Of a stretch of DNA of 64,000 bases, positions 12,385 through 26,073 are shown in pieces. The stretch is from assembly GCF_009914755.1 (NCBI RefSeq), contig NC_060938.1, one strand, 5' to 3'. The notes beneath the pieces were generated by a model that was given only the letters and a program-made list of their open reading frames with translations, was not told where the DNA came from and ran no database searches. How positions within the stretch are numbered: position 1 is the stretch's first letter; each line of letters starts with the position of its first letter. A program made the position numbers and the translations under genes. Source of the DNA: the human T2T-CHM13v2.0 reference genome, Homo sapiens.

Positions 12385-12682
12385 ACAGCACTGTTTCCTC
12401 TGCCTAGAACTCCCATCTTTCAGATGTCTACATGACTTCTACAGTTTCTTCAAGTTTCTCTTTAAATATACCTTCTCCATGAAGTTTTCCTTTACTCCCC
12501 TAACTAAAACATAAACTACATCTTGTGCCCTTCTGTGATCACTGCATATTTATATTTATTGACTTGTTTATTATCTATCTCCCCAAAGAAAAATGCAACT
12601 CTGTGACAGCAGAAGTTTCTGAGTATTTTTTTCACTGTAAATTCCCCAATTCTTGGACCAATAACTGTTTGTTGAATGAATA
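12385..12682 (+). mobile_element. L2 3' fragment
   Basis: ctgtttcctctgcctagaac...ttattatctatctcccc...gttgaatgaat, the L2 3' terminus. Confidence 0.65.
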
Positions 12683-13129
12683 ATTTTGTGTAGTTAGAGA
12701 TTTATTTTTCTACCACATACAACCAAAAATCCTAAGGGCTACAGCTCTGATTTAATGTCCATTCACTATACCATTATTGTTATTATTTTTTTTTTAGAAA
12801 ACTCAGTTAAATCTGAAGATCTTATATTTCTGGGAACTTTGGGAAATATGAGATAAGTTATTTGTCCCTTTTAGGGTAACTTGGTCACAAAAAATGAAAC
12901 ATTGTTGTAAGAATGTATCAAGGAAAGTGGAGCGAAAGGCCAGTAGGAAAACCAAGACTCTCTGGAGAAGTCAACAGGTGAGAAAGAAGGCTATGTTTTT
13001 TAAACATATACAGAATAGGAAAGCTAGTTCATGTAAATATTAAGGGAAGTGTGATAACTCAAGGCTGAGACTGGGTCTTTCCATTTATCATTGATCCAGT
13101 ACACAGAGAAGGTGTTCAATAGATTGTTA

Positions 13130-13300
13130 TAGAAATGAAATAATACTGGAAAAGAGTTTGGAGTTGGAATTGCCACTAACTAGGTGTTAGATGTGTTATT
13201 TAGTCTGCTTTTGCTAGGCCTTAGTACCTTCATCTATAAAATAAAAGTGTTGGACTTCATAATTAAGTCCTTTTCAACTGTAAAATATCCTATAATTTTA
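13130..13300 (+). mobile_element. MIR/MIR3 fragment
   Basis: MIR core-like gccactaactag...ggccttagtaccttcatctataaaat...ttggact. Confidence 0.55.
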
Positions 13301-15132
13301 ACTGCTTATATATGAGTGGAGACATGCACATACTTTCATCTAATGGAAATAAAGATATAGTTCTTAAAAATTTCCCTTGCAAATGTATTTTGGTTAATAT
13401 AGCTGCCATCAATTTGGCTTATAAAATAGTGTTTTCAATGATCTTTTAGCATGATAGATTAATTTTTATCTTCCTAAAGCCATTTCCTCTGAATGCTGCT
13501 GAATTCACACTTCACTAATGGCAAGGATCCGATTAGAACTAATTTCGTAGTGATTCTTTGACATTTTCAAAAACAGAAATGTGTGTGCTTTTCTGAATAA
13601 AAGTCAGAGCATACCATAAATTGTAAAAGTTACTATTAAAGTTCAGTCTAATATTGGATAGTAGTATGAAAGTAAAAGTGCCTGAAAGGCTGAACACTTG
13701 CAAAATGAGTTTCTTTAAAGTTTTTCCATCCTTCATTTCTTTTAGTTTTATCTCCCATAATTCTGTACACCCAGATCCACTAGACCTGTTTCCAGACTTC
13801 TGTCCCTGTCATTACCCACTTTGTCAGTTCCTCAGCTTCACTATTTGATAAAACTTAAAGAAGCTGATAGTGTTTAGCAGCATAGGCTAACAAGTCAGCC
13901 TCTCTCACTCACCAAGAGTGAGAAGTCAATGCAGAAACTCAGTCCTGTGGATAGGGTCTGTATAGGAGAGAACAGAGACTTCTAAGTGACATAAGCACCA
14001 GCAGTTTGTCCCTGAGTCCCAAATTAATGAATCTAGTACAAGAAAATTTGGGAGAGAAACACAACATCTTAACATTTGTGACTGGGCCGCTTGATTATAT
14101 TACTAGGAAGTATGACAATTTCAAATCTACTTCAATGATGGAGTTTTGCTTCTGGAAGAATTCTTCCCTAGGCTGGACTTAATTCAGAAACTAAATGATG
14201 GTCCTGTTCTACAATAAGAATTCATTAGTGGAGCAAGCCAGAGAAAGTAAAGGCAGGAGGAAGAAGGGAGCTAAAAATGCCTTTACTTTTATCGTAAGGA
14301 ACCAGTGAGTCAGACATAAGAAGGAACAATAAGGTTTAAGTGAGAGTATAATTGCTGAGGCTAAGGAAGTGGTTTAATAAAGAGTATAATTAATAATTTA
14401 AGTGAATTTCCATTTATTCATAAGTTAAAATTTAATTTGTGATATGTTAAAAATGGTATAAATTCAAAACTATTTTACAAAATCTATCAGAAAGGGGTCA
14501 GATTTCATACCGATGCACAGTTGTTTTTTAAAATAAAAATTCAGCGTAAGTTTTCTTTTTCCTTCCCCAAACCAAAATATATCTTCCTTTTCTCCCTCTT
14601 TTTTTCTCTTCTTTCCTCCCTTCTTACCTTCCCTTCTCCCTTTCCTTTGAGTCCTGTAGGGCATAGCTAAATTTTATACAGGGGCCATGTTGAATGTGAA
14701 AGACAACGTGTTCAAAACTGCGCTCATATTCAATGAGTAAGTAGCTCACACTATGAGAGACCTACTGAGCTGATGGTGGTTTCAGGTCTCCCGTCTCGTG
14801 TTCATTTTGGAGTAGACGTTTAATGACTGGAATAGCACATAAATTACCTGATTACTTTTGTATTTTTTTCTTTTTCTTTTTGGCCAAGTGTGCATAACTG
14901 AAATTTCAGAAGTTCAGTGCTATATGATATGACTATCTTATCATGCTGAAGAGAAGCTAAGGATATGGATTAGGAAAAGGCCATTTAAATACCTATTTAG
15001 GTGGTTATAAATGACATCTGAATAAAATTTATAAACAATATTGAGGAAATGTGAGCCAAATAACAGAACTAATTAAGAAGTTTCTGGATCTGTTAAAGAA
15101 AGAGGCAATTATTGATGGAATTTTTGAAGAGC

Positions 15133-15312
15133 ACTGTTCCTTAAACTTTGGAAAGCCTAATTATCTTGAGTGTTTGGGTAAAAATGCAGATTCTGGTCTC
15201 ATTCCAGTAATTCTGATTCAGTAAGATCAGGATGGAAACCAGAAAAGAGAACTTTAAATGAACAAAAGGTGTTTTGGATGTTGGTGTCCTCTGGTCTCAT
15301 TTTGAAGACCCA
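15133..15312. mobile_element. MER5-type hAT-Charlie MITE
   Basis: aaaatgcagattctgg...aattctgattcagtaag...tttgaagacc pattern. Confidence 0.55.
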
Positions 15313-16451
15313 GGTCCTAGATGGAAAGAGAAGGAAAGACAATGACCATACATTGGGGGTTAGTTTTGGCAAGGAAAATGCTGAGTTTTCTCCTGAAGGA
15401 GAAGAGAAGATTTTTAAAATGAAATTAAGAAAGAGCTAAACTGAGGTTAGAAAGAAGACAGTGGTCTTAATTTGGAAGATGAGATAGACTGAAAGATGAT
15501 CTTTCAGGAGTCAGAGAATGGTGAAGAGCAACCAGGGGAAGCTTGAAAAGCACGGATAAGGTTTGAAATAGCTCTTATAGCTGAGTGATTATGGCAAGGC
15601 ACTGGGTCTGCTTGGGTCTTCATAATATTATCTGTTAAATGATGAGATTGGAGCATCATAAACTTGGAGGCCCTTCCCAACTATAAACAATTGTTCAGTT
15701 CTTCCATGGGAGAAGTTTCCGTCAGCACATCATCTCTGAGTATAAAGTACTGCTATCCATAACAGTTGTGACAGCAGGTATTTTCCTCCAGGCTCAGGGA
15801 CAGGTCCTCTGAAGGCAACATATTTCCATCTTAAGGAAAAATGATTTCAACTATAATCTCCGTACTGCCTAACCTCTATTTTGACTCTAAGAATTATTTT
15901 CCTAAAGAGTGAACAATAAACATTGTTAAACAGCAGTGATTAGCCAATTTAAAATTGGGTAGTATAAACTTTTGGAAAACTGAGTCTGTAAGATTCTACA
16001 ATGTTGTCCCATTTTGGCAAGCAAATCAATCAGTAACTTGAAAGGCGATGATCTACCTCTAAATTATATATTTTTATTTTTTCTTTCTACTGCTCCTTTT
16101 CACTATAGGCTTGGGATTTTTGTTGTTGTTACTATTGTTTTAGTTTTTCCTGTCTCATCTCTTAACTTGACTCTCCTTATTGATGTTAACCATGAATGTC
16201 GGGAAAGCAGTGATACAGCATATATCCTTCTTGGACAGAGAAAAAGAGATTCAGACAAGTACTTATACAGTTAGAAATTGCAATCCATTCTACTTTTGAC
16301 TTAGTTATGGTAGATGGCAGCTCTCTGATCTCATGCTGATGAACAGATTGAATTATAAATACAAAGCTAATATTTATTGGATGCTTACTGTGATTCAGGC
16401 CTCTCTAGCATCAAAAGAGAGTGCCCGAAGAGTGCCCTTGTATATAGAAAG

Positions 16452-17012
16452 TGTGATATTTAATTTTGTTAACTTGACTAGGCTGTGGATCCAATTTTTT
16501 TGTCAAACACCAGTCTAAGATGTTACTATGAAGACATTTCTTCAATGTGATTATCATTTAAATAAGTGGACTAAGTAAAGCAGTTTACCATCCATAATGT
16601 GGGTGGGCCTTATCCCATTCATTGAAGGCCTTAAGAAAAAAGACCAAAGTTTCCTGAAGAAAAAGGAATTGTGCATCCAGATTCCCTTTGGATGCAAGAC
16701 TGCAACATCAACTCTTGCTGGAATTTCCATCTTATCAGCCTGCCCTGCCCTGTGAATTTCAGACTTGCTAGCCCCTATAATCACAGGAGCCAATTGCATA
16801 AAATCTCTGCTCTGTGTATGTTTATACGTATATGTGTGTGTATATTTGTATGTGTGTGTGTATATATATGTATATGTATATATGTGTGTGTGTGTATATA
16901 TATCTGTGTTTATGATATATATGTCAGGGTTCTCCAGAAAAACAGAATCAATAGGAAAGCATATATATATATATATATATTCTATATATATAATCTATAG
17001 AACCCTAATACA
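16452..17012 (+). mobile_element. MLT2 (MLT2C/D-like) ERVL solo LTR with internal (TG/TA)n and an inverted 3' segment
   Basis: TG...CA termini; MLT2 motifs (aacttgactaggc, catccataatgtgggtgggcctta); TSD gaaag/gaagg. Confidence 0.85.
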
Positions 17013-18256
17013 GAAGGCAACTTATGAAACATGGAACCTCCTAATGGGTCAGTGGCTTCAATCTATTTGGGATGAAGAACATTGCCAAGACTCAGATGAA
17101 AGGCACAAACTTTTTACCCAGGAAAATGTGTTTGCAGGTACATACATATAAAATTTTGCACACCTACTCATGCAAGGTATCTGAGGATTAATCCTTGTAC
17201 TGGGTTTAGATATCAAACTGATTTGTTTCTAAGTAAAATGCAATGAGACCTTCTAGGTTGGAGGTCTTATTGATTTTCACTCAGATTGCAGATAGAAGTT
17301 AAAGGCCAAAAATGTGGTGCGCAGATAAGAATATTATTTACAATCTTCTTCTGGAAGGACCTGAAACAAAAAAACTGCTTCTGTTGATGCACTTTTGAAG
17401 GACATTAAAATTGCAAAATGCACACATTCTGAGGCAGCATAGGGTATAAAGCCAAAAAGTTAATGGGAAGGGAGGGCTCCCACATGACAGTTGAATTGAC
17501 ACAATAGTTTTACCAAACACACTCAGAAACTCAACTACTGGAATGAGCATGAGAAATAGGTAAAAATAAGAGCAACCCAAATAGGCGCTGATTCTTAATC
17601 CCAAATTGTCAATGGAAGATTGCATAAATTCCTTCCAGAATCTAGAATATGCCTATTCTTTGTTTCTTGTTACTTTATGGAAAATTATTCCTTTTAAGAT
17701 GATTTTGTAGATATTTCAAAGAAAATTTTAGAGAGTTGATTTTCAAAGGGCTACTGTCTCAAGTGATGATCTTTGACCCATAAATATGAGCAAAAAGTGG
17801 CTGCTAGAAATTAGTACAAAGAGGACTCAGATTCTGTAAAAGTTTAGTAAAAACAAAAAAAACTGTATAAAATAGAGCAACACAAAATATGAAGGATATC
17901 ATTTGTTGAATTTAAAAGATCAGAGATCTTCAGTTAAATATTTTGTAGGTTAACTCATTTTTTGCATATATCAAAAAAATCTTGTCCTATCATCTCAACA
18001 TATATAGGTACGACTTCTTATTAAGTCATTGTACTTTAATTTAATGCTACACTGTTATCAAAAATATTCAAACCCTCGTATACAAAAATTGTAAGCTGAG
18101 AAATGAAGAATGCTATCATAGCATTGTTTATAGTTTTGCAATGAATTTAATGCTAGGCAAGTTCAGGCATACGTAAAGGTGCAGGCTGAAATTATAGAGT
18201 AAGATTTTGTTAAGGATTGGCAAGTCATGTTATAACAAATTCTGTGTATAACATGG

Positions 18257-18665
18257 TACGAAGGTTAATTTTATGTGTCAACTTGACTAAGCCACAGGAT
18301 ACTTATATTTTGGCCAAACACTGTTCTGGTGTGTCTGTGAGGATGTTTTTGAATGGGATTAACATTTCAATTGGTAGAATGAATAAAGCAGATTGCCCTC
18401 CCTTTTGAGGGTGGGTCTGGGTTCAATCAGTTGATGGTCTCACTTAAACTGAAACATCAGCTCTTCCTAGGTCTCAAATTTGTCAGACTTCGGACTGGAA
18501 CTACACCATCCGCTCTCCTGGATCTCTAGTTTAGTGACTCACCCTGCAGATTTTGGGACTTGTCAGTCTCTATAATTGGGCCAATTCTTTATAATAAATC
18601 TCTTTCTCTGTCTATGTATATACATTCTATTAGTTCTGTTTCTCTGGAGAATACTGACCAATGCA
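18257..18665 (+). mobile_element. MLT2 ERVL solo LTR
   Basis: ggttaattttatgtgtcaacttgac...ttctgtttctctggagaatactgaccaatgca; TSD catgg/catag. Confidence 0.85.
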
Positions 18666-19679
18666 CATAGTATTAAAATAGTTTTAGCACTTATTTTAAA
18701 TTTTGGATGCTTCTATGCTTTCTTTGATAGTGGTATTGTAGGCTTTATATTCTTGCATACCTTTAATATTTACAAAGATTACATTTTTCAAATGTTTAAA
18801 ATTACTCTTAAAACTAAAATTATTGTTAAAATATGAAAAATATGGAAAGAATCTTGTGATAAGATTGATCTGGTTTAAGATGATATAAGATGTTGTATTA
18901 TGTTAATAAGGTTATTCAGTTGATGTCCGCATTAATAAAAACATAGAATAAAATATTTTGCCAGAAATTCTATAAAATCACTAGAAATTTAAAGACAAAA
19001 TATAGCAAGAAAGATAAAGACAAGTTATTTTTGTTGGGATCATTTTTATGGCAACAAAAGTTACTCAAATCCTTGATACGTTTATGCAGTGAAATTTTGA
19101 AAAGAGTTTTACAATCTCTGCCAAGTCACTACATCATGAAACAAAACAAAGTGAGCAGAAAAATAGGCTTTCAAATTCTTTCAGAATAAATGAAACAGCT
19201 TAATGTTATCGAAAATTTATGCAAACACAATTTGAATCTGATGCTGAAAATGCACTTATTAAATGACATTCTATTATATTGTAACAATTAAATTAGATTA
19301 GCAGGCAGCTACAAAAATACAATTAGTACATTGTCTGAAAATGAAGCTAAAAGAAGAATGTGCATACAAGTTATTTGACAATTAGTTTATAGACTGACAT
19401 ATGTGAAATCTTTACAATTCAACTGTACAAGAGAAAAAATAGTTTAGAGCTCCCTATTTGCTTATTTTTATACGATATGTGATACAAGGAAACTTATTAC
19501 TTTGCAAATCACTTGGCATAAGCAGAAAAAGAAATTTGGTTTAAAATTGTGAGGAAATAATTCAATAAAAATCAGCATAAGTTCTCTAAATTTTAAAATA
19601 TAACAGAAATGAATATTTCATTATGAAGATTTAAGTTTCAATCTGTTTATCCATGCTTTTTCAAAATGAACACAGATAT

Positions 19680-19898
19680 AATTATGTGCCATACTGTAAG
19701 CTAATTCATGTGTTAAGTGATTTGTAAACATTATCTCACTTAATATCCTATGAGGTAGATATAATTAGCATTACGAATTTACATCTCAAGTAAACGGTTT
19801 AAAGAAGTCAAGGTCAAATAGCAATTAAATGGGGGAGGCAGAGCTCTAGTTGCAGGTCGTTCACCCTTCAAACCTTATTCCTTTAACAGCTATTATAT
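19680..19898 (-). mobile_element. MIR
   Basis: Antisense MIR motifs: attatctcacttaatatcctatgaggtagat, aaggtcaaatagcaattaaatgg. Confidence 0.65.
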
Positions 19899-21519
19899 TA
19901 TAACTTGTAAGAATTCAACTTTGAAATAATAGTTTTCTCTAAATCCTCTTTCATGCTTGTGGATCAGTTAAATTAAAGTGTGTCATGAGATTGCAAAGCA
20001 TGTCATTCAAAACTATTAGATTTAGAAACTAATTTTCTATGTGAATTCAGACTTTCTTCTAAAGGTAAACCAAATTAAATAAAGAAATTAATTAAATGTT
20101 GATGTTGAGGTTACTGTGATATACATAGCAATAATTTAAAAATTTATAGAAACACTATCATTGTTCTCATTTAATTACTTTCTATTAAGTAACCATTTTA
20201 AATTTAAACTTAGAAAATGTGGTTGTACTAAAGTTAACACTTTCATCTCTTCCTTGAGTTCAAGATTTGACTTGAAAAATTACAAATTTTATACAAAATG
20301 AACATTTATTTATGACAAATTCTCTATTGTCTCATATTTATGACAAAAACCACTATACACCCCAAAATTATCTCACATCCAGGTCTTCAAACTGAATCCT
20401 GAATTCTTATCAATGAACTGTGCTGTTTACAGATAAGTTTGTCTCAATACATTAAAAATATTTAAATAATCATAGTTTTAAAACTAATAAAAGAAACCAA
20501 AGTAAAGATAACCAGTAGTTTTTTCAAGAAAAAGTTAACTTTAGATATATAATTTTTAGTATATAATTTTTTTATTAGAGATTTACTAAGCTATCAAAAA
20601 TAAAAGTCTTTCTGTTTGGTTTTTATTTATTTTAATTTCCTATATAATTTGGCATGTAAAATTTCAGTTTTGCTGCAATCGTAGATAGATAAAACTTTTG
20701 AACATTTTGCTTATTTGATAATTATTTTCAAGAAATTACCTTCACCTGCATTGTGTTTCCATTTTACTATAGAATCATATCACTCTCTACCTCAAAAATA
20801 GCTTCTTTCCTATATTCTTTCATAATAATAGTATCTGGAATTTTATACTTTAGTGTTTAAATAGATTATTTTCTTGTTTTTCAATCAGACAGTGCATAAA
20901 ATATTTCATGAGCCTTTAAATACTGCTTTGTTCTTAACAGCAGGTTATCAAAATTAAAAGTTCTATATTAGTGGTATATATCAAATTCAAATAACAAAAT
21001 ACATGCAATAATTTCTTTTTTATCTTCCTAATCCTACGTGGCCAATTTCACGTTCAACCATGTCAGAATTATCTGTGACCAAAATATGCGGAGCGTCAAT
21101 TTGTAATGGCTTGTAAATATAGGTCTACATGTTGTGGGATTAATATTTTTCATGCACAGCAAATCAGAACAAACATATTTTCTTCAGTCATGTCAGACCC
21201 TGACAATGTCATATTCACACGCCCTTCACAACCAAGACCAAGACATTCACAGTTTGTAAAGAGACTGAGTTGATAAGTGACAGAAACTGACAAGCACCAG
21301 CTTCAGATATCATTTTAGAGATCCTGCATTTATGATTTATGTAAAATGTATAAATCAGAGTACCCAAAATTACATTTTTAGTAATAGAATGATAGTAAGT
21401 TCATCTCCTTCAAACAGCAAAGAAAACAAGCCTATTTACCTTTTCCTTACTTAATAATTTCCTAGTTAATAATTTAGGCATTTTGTAATATTTATTATAG
21501 TTTAAGCTTATTAATAATG

Positions 21520-21770
21520 ACAAATGTAGTAAAGACACCTGATTTGAAGTAGAAAAGAGGGGTACAAAAAGATACCTGGGGGCCAGATAGACTTATTAGC
21601 TGGATGACTTTGACAACTTTCTTAATCCTCTAAGTAGCAATTTTTAAAATATGAAATATGAGAATATTAAGGACTACCTCACATGTTTTTGTGGGGATTA
21701 AATTTTTAATCAGTACAAAATTACTAGTGCAATCTGGCTGGAAGTAGGTACAGTACTCAGTAAACATTCA
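21520..21770 (+). mobile_element. MIR
   Basis: acttattagctggatgactttgacaac...ctacctcacatgtttttgtggggattaaat. Confidence 0.6.
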
Positions 21771-21817
21771 TTCTCTGCCCTTGTTTTTTCAGTGTTTTTC
21801 TCTCATTAACTATCTAG

Positions 21818-22132
21818 AATTATGTTACCCAACATGGTAACCACCAACCATTTGAGTGTATTGAGCACTTGAGGTGTGGCTATTCTGAAATGAGATGTGT
21901 TGCAAGTGAAAAATATATACTAGATTTTGAAGACTTATGATAAAAAATGCAAAATATATAATTTAATATTTACATTGATTATATGTTAAAATGGTACTAT
22001 TTTATATATATTACTGTGCATGAAATACAGTATTAAATAAATTTCATGTTTCTTTTTCTTAATGTACTGCAAGACAATTTTAAATTACATACGTATTTGT
22101 GTCTCACATTGTATCTCTATTTAATAGTGCTT
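21818..22132. mobile_element. MER33-like hAT-Charlie element
   Basis: ttgagcacttgaggtgtggctattctgaaatgagatgtg...tactagattttgaagactta...cacattgtatctctatt. Confidence 0.75.
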
Positions 22133-23128
22133 ACCTAGAAATGAAAAGATTTTAGAATTCCAAGATTTTAATAAAATTCCCAATTTATATAAAAAAAGAA
22201 AACGGTTTAACTATGCTTTCATATTTTAGATTCCTTGTAGAAACAAATAATATATTATTACAATCTTATAAAAAGAAAATCAAATCATATCAGCTAACAA
22301 AACAGAGTTACAAGGTGAAAAGGAGTTTTTCTTCATCTACTACAATTTAAAAAATGGGAATAAAGTAGAAAAAAATCATATTGTTATCCTTGTTCTCCCT
22401 GCCTTGAATATAATGGCTGTATAGGGCATCGCTCAAGCCCATATTCTTTACAGCCAAAGAAGTCAAGTGTTCTCCTGAACTACCTAAGATTTATTGAGGT
22501 CTTGACCAGTCAGATTCCTTAACCTAGAGAGGGCCATAGCCAGTTTCTCAGAAGGCAGAGAGAGTGACAAAAGGAACTGCTAGTATTAGATATTCTGAGC
22601 AACTTCTATATACTATAATAAAGCATGCTTTGTAAAAGGCAAGTCTGCTCATGTCTTTTTCCTTCTTAAAATCTTCAATTACTCCTCACAGTTTTTACGA
22701 GAAAGCTAGAAGTCTAATTTCTTGAACAGAAGTTTCCCTTGTTAACATATAAAATTGTTTTTTCTCCTTTTCCCTATAAAGGTGTGGAGCATTACAGGGG
22801 TAGGAGTCCTCTCTGCCTCATGCCTGCTTTAGGCCATGCAGTCCAGCCTTACCTGGCCTAGCCACACTTCTGGTGTAATAAGAGCATGTGAAAAATGTTT
22901 GCTTTGCTATTATTCTGCTTGTAAGTTTTCTTTTCCCCCAAAAAAACACTCATGTTCTTTATACCTGTCCTCTTAGCATGTATGTTCCAGTGAAGAGACA
23001 AACAGATAATAATTAACAGAGATATCTTAAATATATAGAATTAGATAGTGATAACTACTAAGGAAAAACAAGTATTGAAGAGGAATAAGAAGTGCTCATT
23101 ACAGAAGTTTGGGTTTTAGATGGGGTGG

Positions 23129-23465
23129 TGCTATGGTCTGTATGTTTGTGTCCCCCTACCAAATTCATATGTGGGAACCCAATCACCAAGGTGACACTAT
23201 AAGGAGGTGACACTTTTGGTAAGTGATTAGATCATAAGCCCACAGCTGTCATGAGCAGATTAGTGTTCTTATAAAAGAGGCTCCAGAGAGCTGCCTTGCT
23301 CCTTTCACCATATGAGGACACAGCAAGAAGGTGCCATCTATAAACCAGAAAGCAGACCCTCACTAGCCACAGAGCCTGCAGGCCATTGATCTTGGACTTC
23401 TCAGCCTCCAGTACTATGAGAAATGAATTTTTTTGTTTATAAGATACAACATATTGTACTGACCA
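23129..23465 (+). mobile_element. MLT1A0-like MaLR LTR
   Basis: tgctatggtctg...aaattcatatgt...gaggacacagcaagaaggtgccatcta...gatcttggacttctcagcctccag. Confidence 0.85.
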
Positions 23466-23819
23466 AAAGCAAAAACAAAATGAAGAAGTAGAATAGAAAA
23501 TAATATCATTTGCTGCAGCAAAAACAGGAATTATTTCAAACTCATACACCCACATTCAGCTATGTGTTTACTGAGAAATGATATATAATGTGTTTCTTAA
23601 TGTGGGTCATGTACAGAGAGTTCGAAAAATACTATGCTGGCTGATAAGAGGACTTCTCAAATAGCATCTGCTATAGAGAAGTTAAGAAAATGAAGAAGGC
23701 CAAGAAGATGTGATGGGCTCTTATCTCCAGGAAAAATGAAAGCCTAGGGCTAAATGAAGGTAGTAAGGCATCCACTTATCCCATCTGTTGAATTAGAGAT
23801 TTTTTTAAAACTGCATTTA

Positions 23820-24155
<336 letters not shown>

Positions 24156-24925
24156 GAAAATTGAGAACAGAACCCCAAAAATGGAATGAGAGTGGAGAAG
24201 GCTAAGTCTGTGAGAGCTGCTGCAAAGCGAGAAGATAATGGAGAACGAGCTCCAGAGACCTGTGGAAAGAATTAAGAGCTGAGCTTTATGAAGGCCCATG
24301 TTAGATTTTCAAACCCAGTCCACAAAGGCATTTTCTAAGACTCAATCTTGATTCTTTGATAAATCTCCCTACACTACCTTCCTCATTAAATGTGTCTCTT
24401 TTGATTCTGCAATTATTATTTTAATGCAGATGATTCTTAATAAATCTTTACCCATAAACATAGTTTTCCTAAGTTCCATTGTAGCATCTTCAAATGACTG
24501 CTAAGCAGTTCTTTGAATATTTCTTTCATTGTATTTTCTGGCTCCCAGCCTGAGAACCTAAACTGCATTCAGGACTATCCATATACGTCTGGAGAGCTGG
24601 CAGTTCAGGCCTATTAGGGATAACTGTGCACGAGAAAATGAAACATCTTTTAGTCTCTCCTAAAGGTATAAGTAGGGAAAAATCAAACTCTTTAAAGTTG
24701 ATTAAAAAAATAAGAAGATAAATACCTCTACAGTCCAGGTGGTGGGCCACCATGAACCTACACCAAAAGAGCAACCAGAGCTAGAAGGAGCTATCCTCCT
24801 CTAAGCTCAGAGCAGGAGGGAAATAGAGGGGAACCTTAAGGAGATTTCCTAAACAAAGAAAGGAAGGCTTTTTTTTCTTGAATTCAATGGTATGTGTTTG
24901 TGTTTGGACATTCCTGTGTTTTCTT

Positions 24926-25232
<307 letters not shown>

Positions 25233-25639
25233 CCTGTGTTTTCTTGGAAGAAGTACTTAACAATTTCTACGTTGTTTCTGTTCTGTTGTGCCTACAAACT
25301 GTTGTTCTTTGGAGAAACATGAACTACTTTTAGATTAACATTACTTCAAACATTTTGAAATCTCCATCAATTTCCTAGTTTTGTCTTTCCCATTTGGATC
25401 TATTGATGCCCTTCAATTCTAAGAAAGTTACACTTTATATTATGATTTTCATTTCCCATTGAGCAAAACTAAGAATTACATCAAACTCTGAAACCTAGAA
25501 TCAAAGCTCCAACCCTGATTTTCTTCATAGCCAAACAAGATGTGTAAGCCAGTGATTCACATGCCTGCCCTCAGTGGCAAATTGAGTTGGTTTTACCTTA
25601 GACCTGATTGGAGATCTACGCCTGCCCAGGCAGGATTAG

Positions 25640-25845
25640 AAGGAAGTTTTAGCAAGGCCATCAGAAAGGCCTTGAGCCAAAGTCACTTGTCAGAGGAGTC
25701 CCACATCTCCAAGGAACAGGCTTACCTCAGTATCCATGCCAGGCTCAGCCATTGATTGGGAGCAGCCCTTGGGAACGGTGACCTCAGCACAAGCACACAG
25801 ATAATTTTAGCATAACAACTGGAACTTTTGGTAAATTATACTCCT
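25640..25845. mobile_element. MLT1H/I-like LTR fragment
   Basis: ttgagccaaagtcacttgtcagaggagtcccac...cagccattgattgggagcagcc. Confidence 0.45.
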
Positions 25846-25847
25846 CT

Positions 25848-25963
25848 AGGCCGGAGTACAGTGTTGTGGATTGTAGCTTACTGCCACCTGGAACTCTTGT
25901 GTTCAGGTGATCTACTTCAGCCTCCCAAGTAGCTGGGATTATAGGTAGGCACCACTGTACCCT
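25848..25963 (-). mobile_element. Alu monomer fragment
   Basis: ggagtacagtg...cagcctcccaagtagctgggattatagg. Confidence 0.75.
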
Positions 25964-26025
25964 GAAACGTAAATTATGATCAGTTCAATTCCGTGCTTCT
26001 GTGTTCTTGTGAAAAAATTGGGAGC

Positions 26026-26035
26026 GAGGGAAGGA

Positions 26036-26072
<37 letters not shown>

Positions 26073-26073
26073 C
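26026..26073. repeat. (GA)n microsatellite
   Basis: Direct observation. Confidence 0.9.

Noticed and set aside
14757-14790. gagacct...aggtctc hairpin as a possible snoRNA/miRNA
   Set aside because: Only a 7-bp stem, with no properly placed C/D or H/ACA boxes.
16671-17151. 109-aa and 128-aa ORFs rich in C/V/Y/I
   Set aside because: Translations of (TG/TA)n repeats; the same applies to 59182-59505.
17400-19600. Possible hAT transposase relic in AT-rich DNA around the MLT2
   Set aside because: Only vague motif echoes and no terminal inverted repeats found; needs a profile search.
21036-21052. ERSE-II-like motif (ATTGGCCACG on minus)
   Set aside because: Lacks the spacer base of ATTGGNCCACG and has no promoter context.
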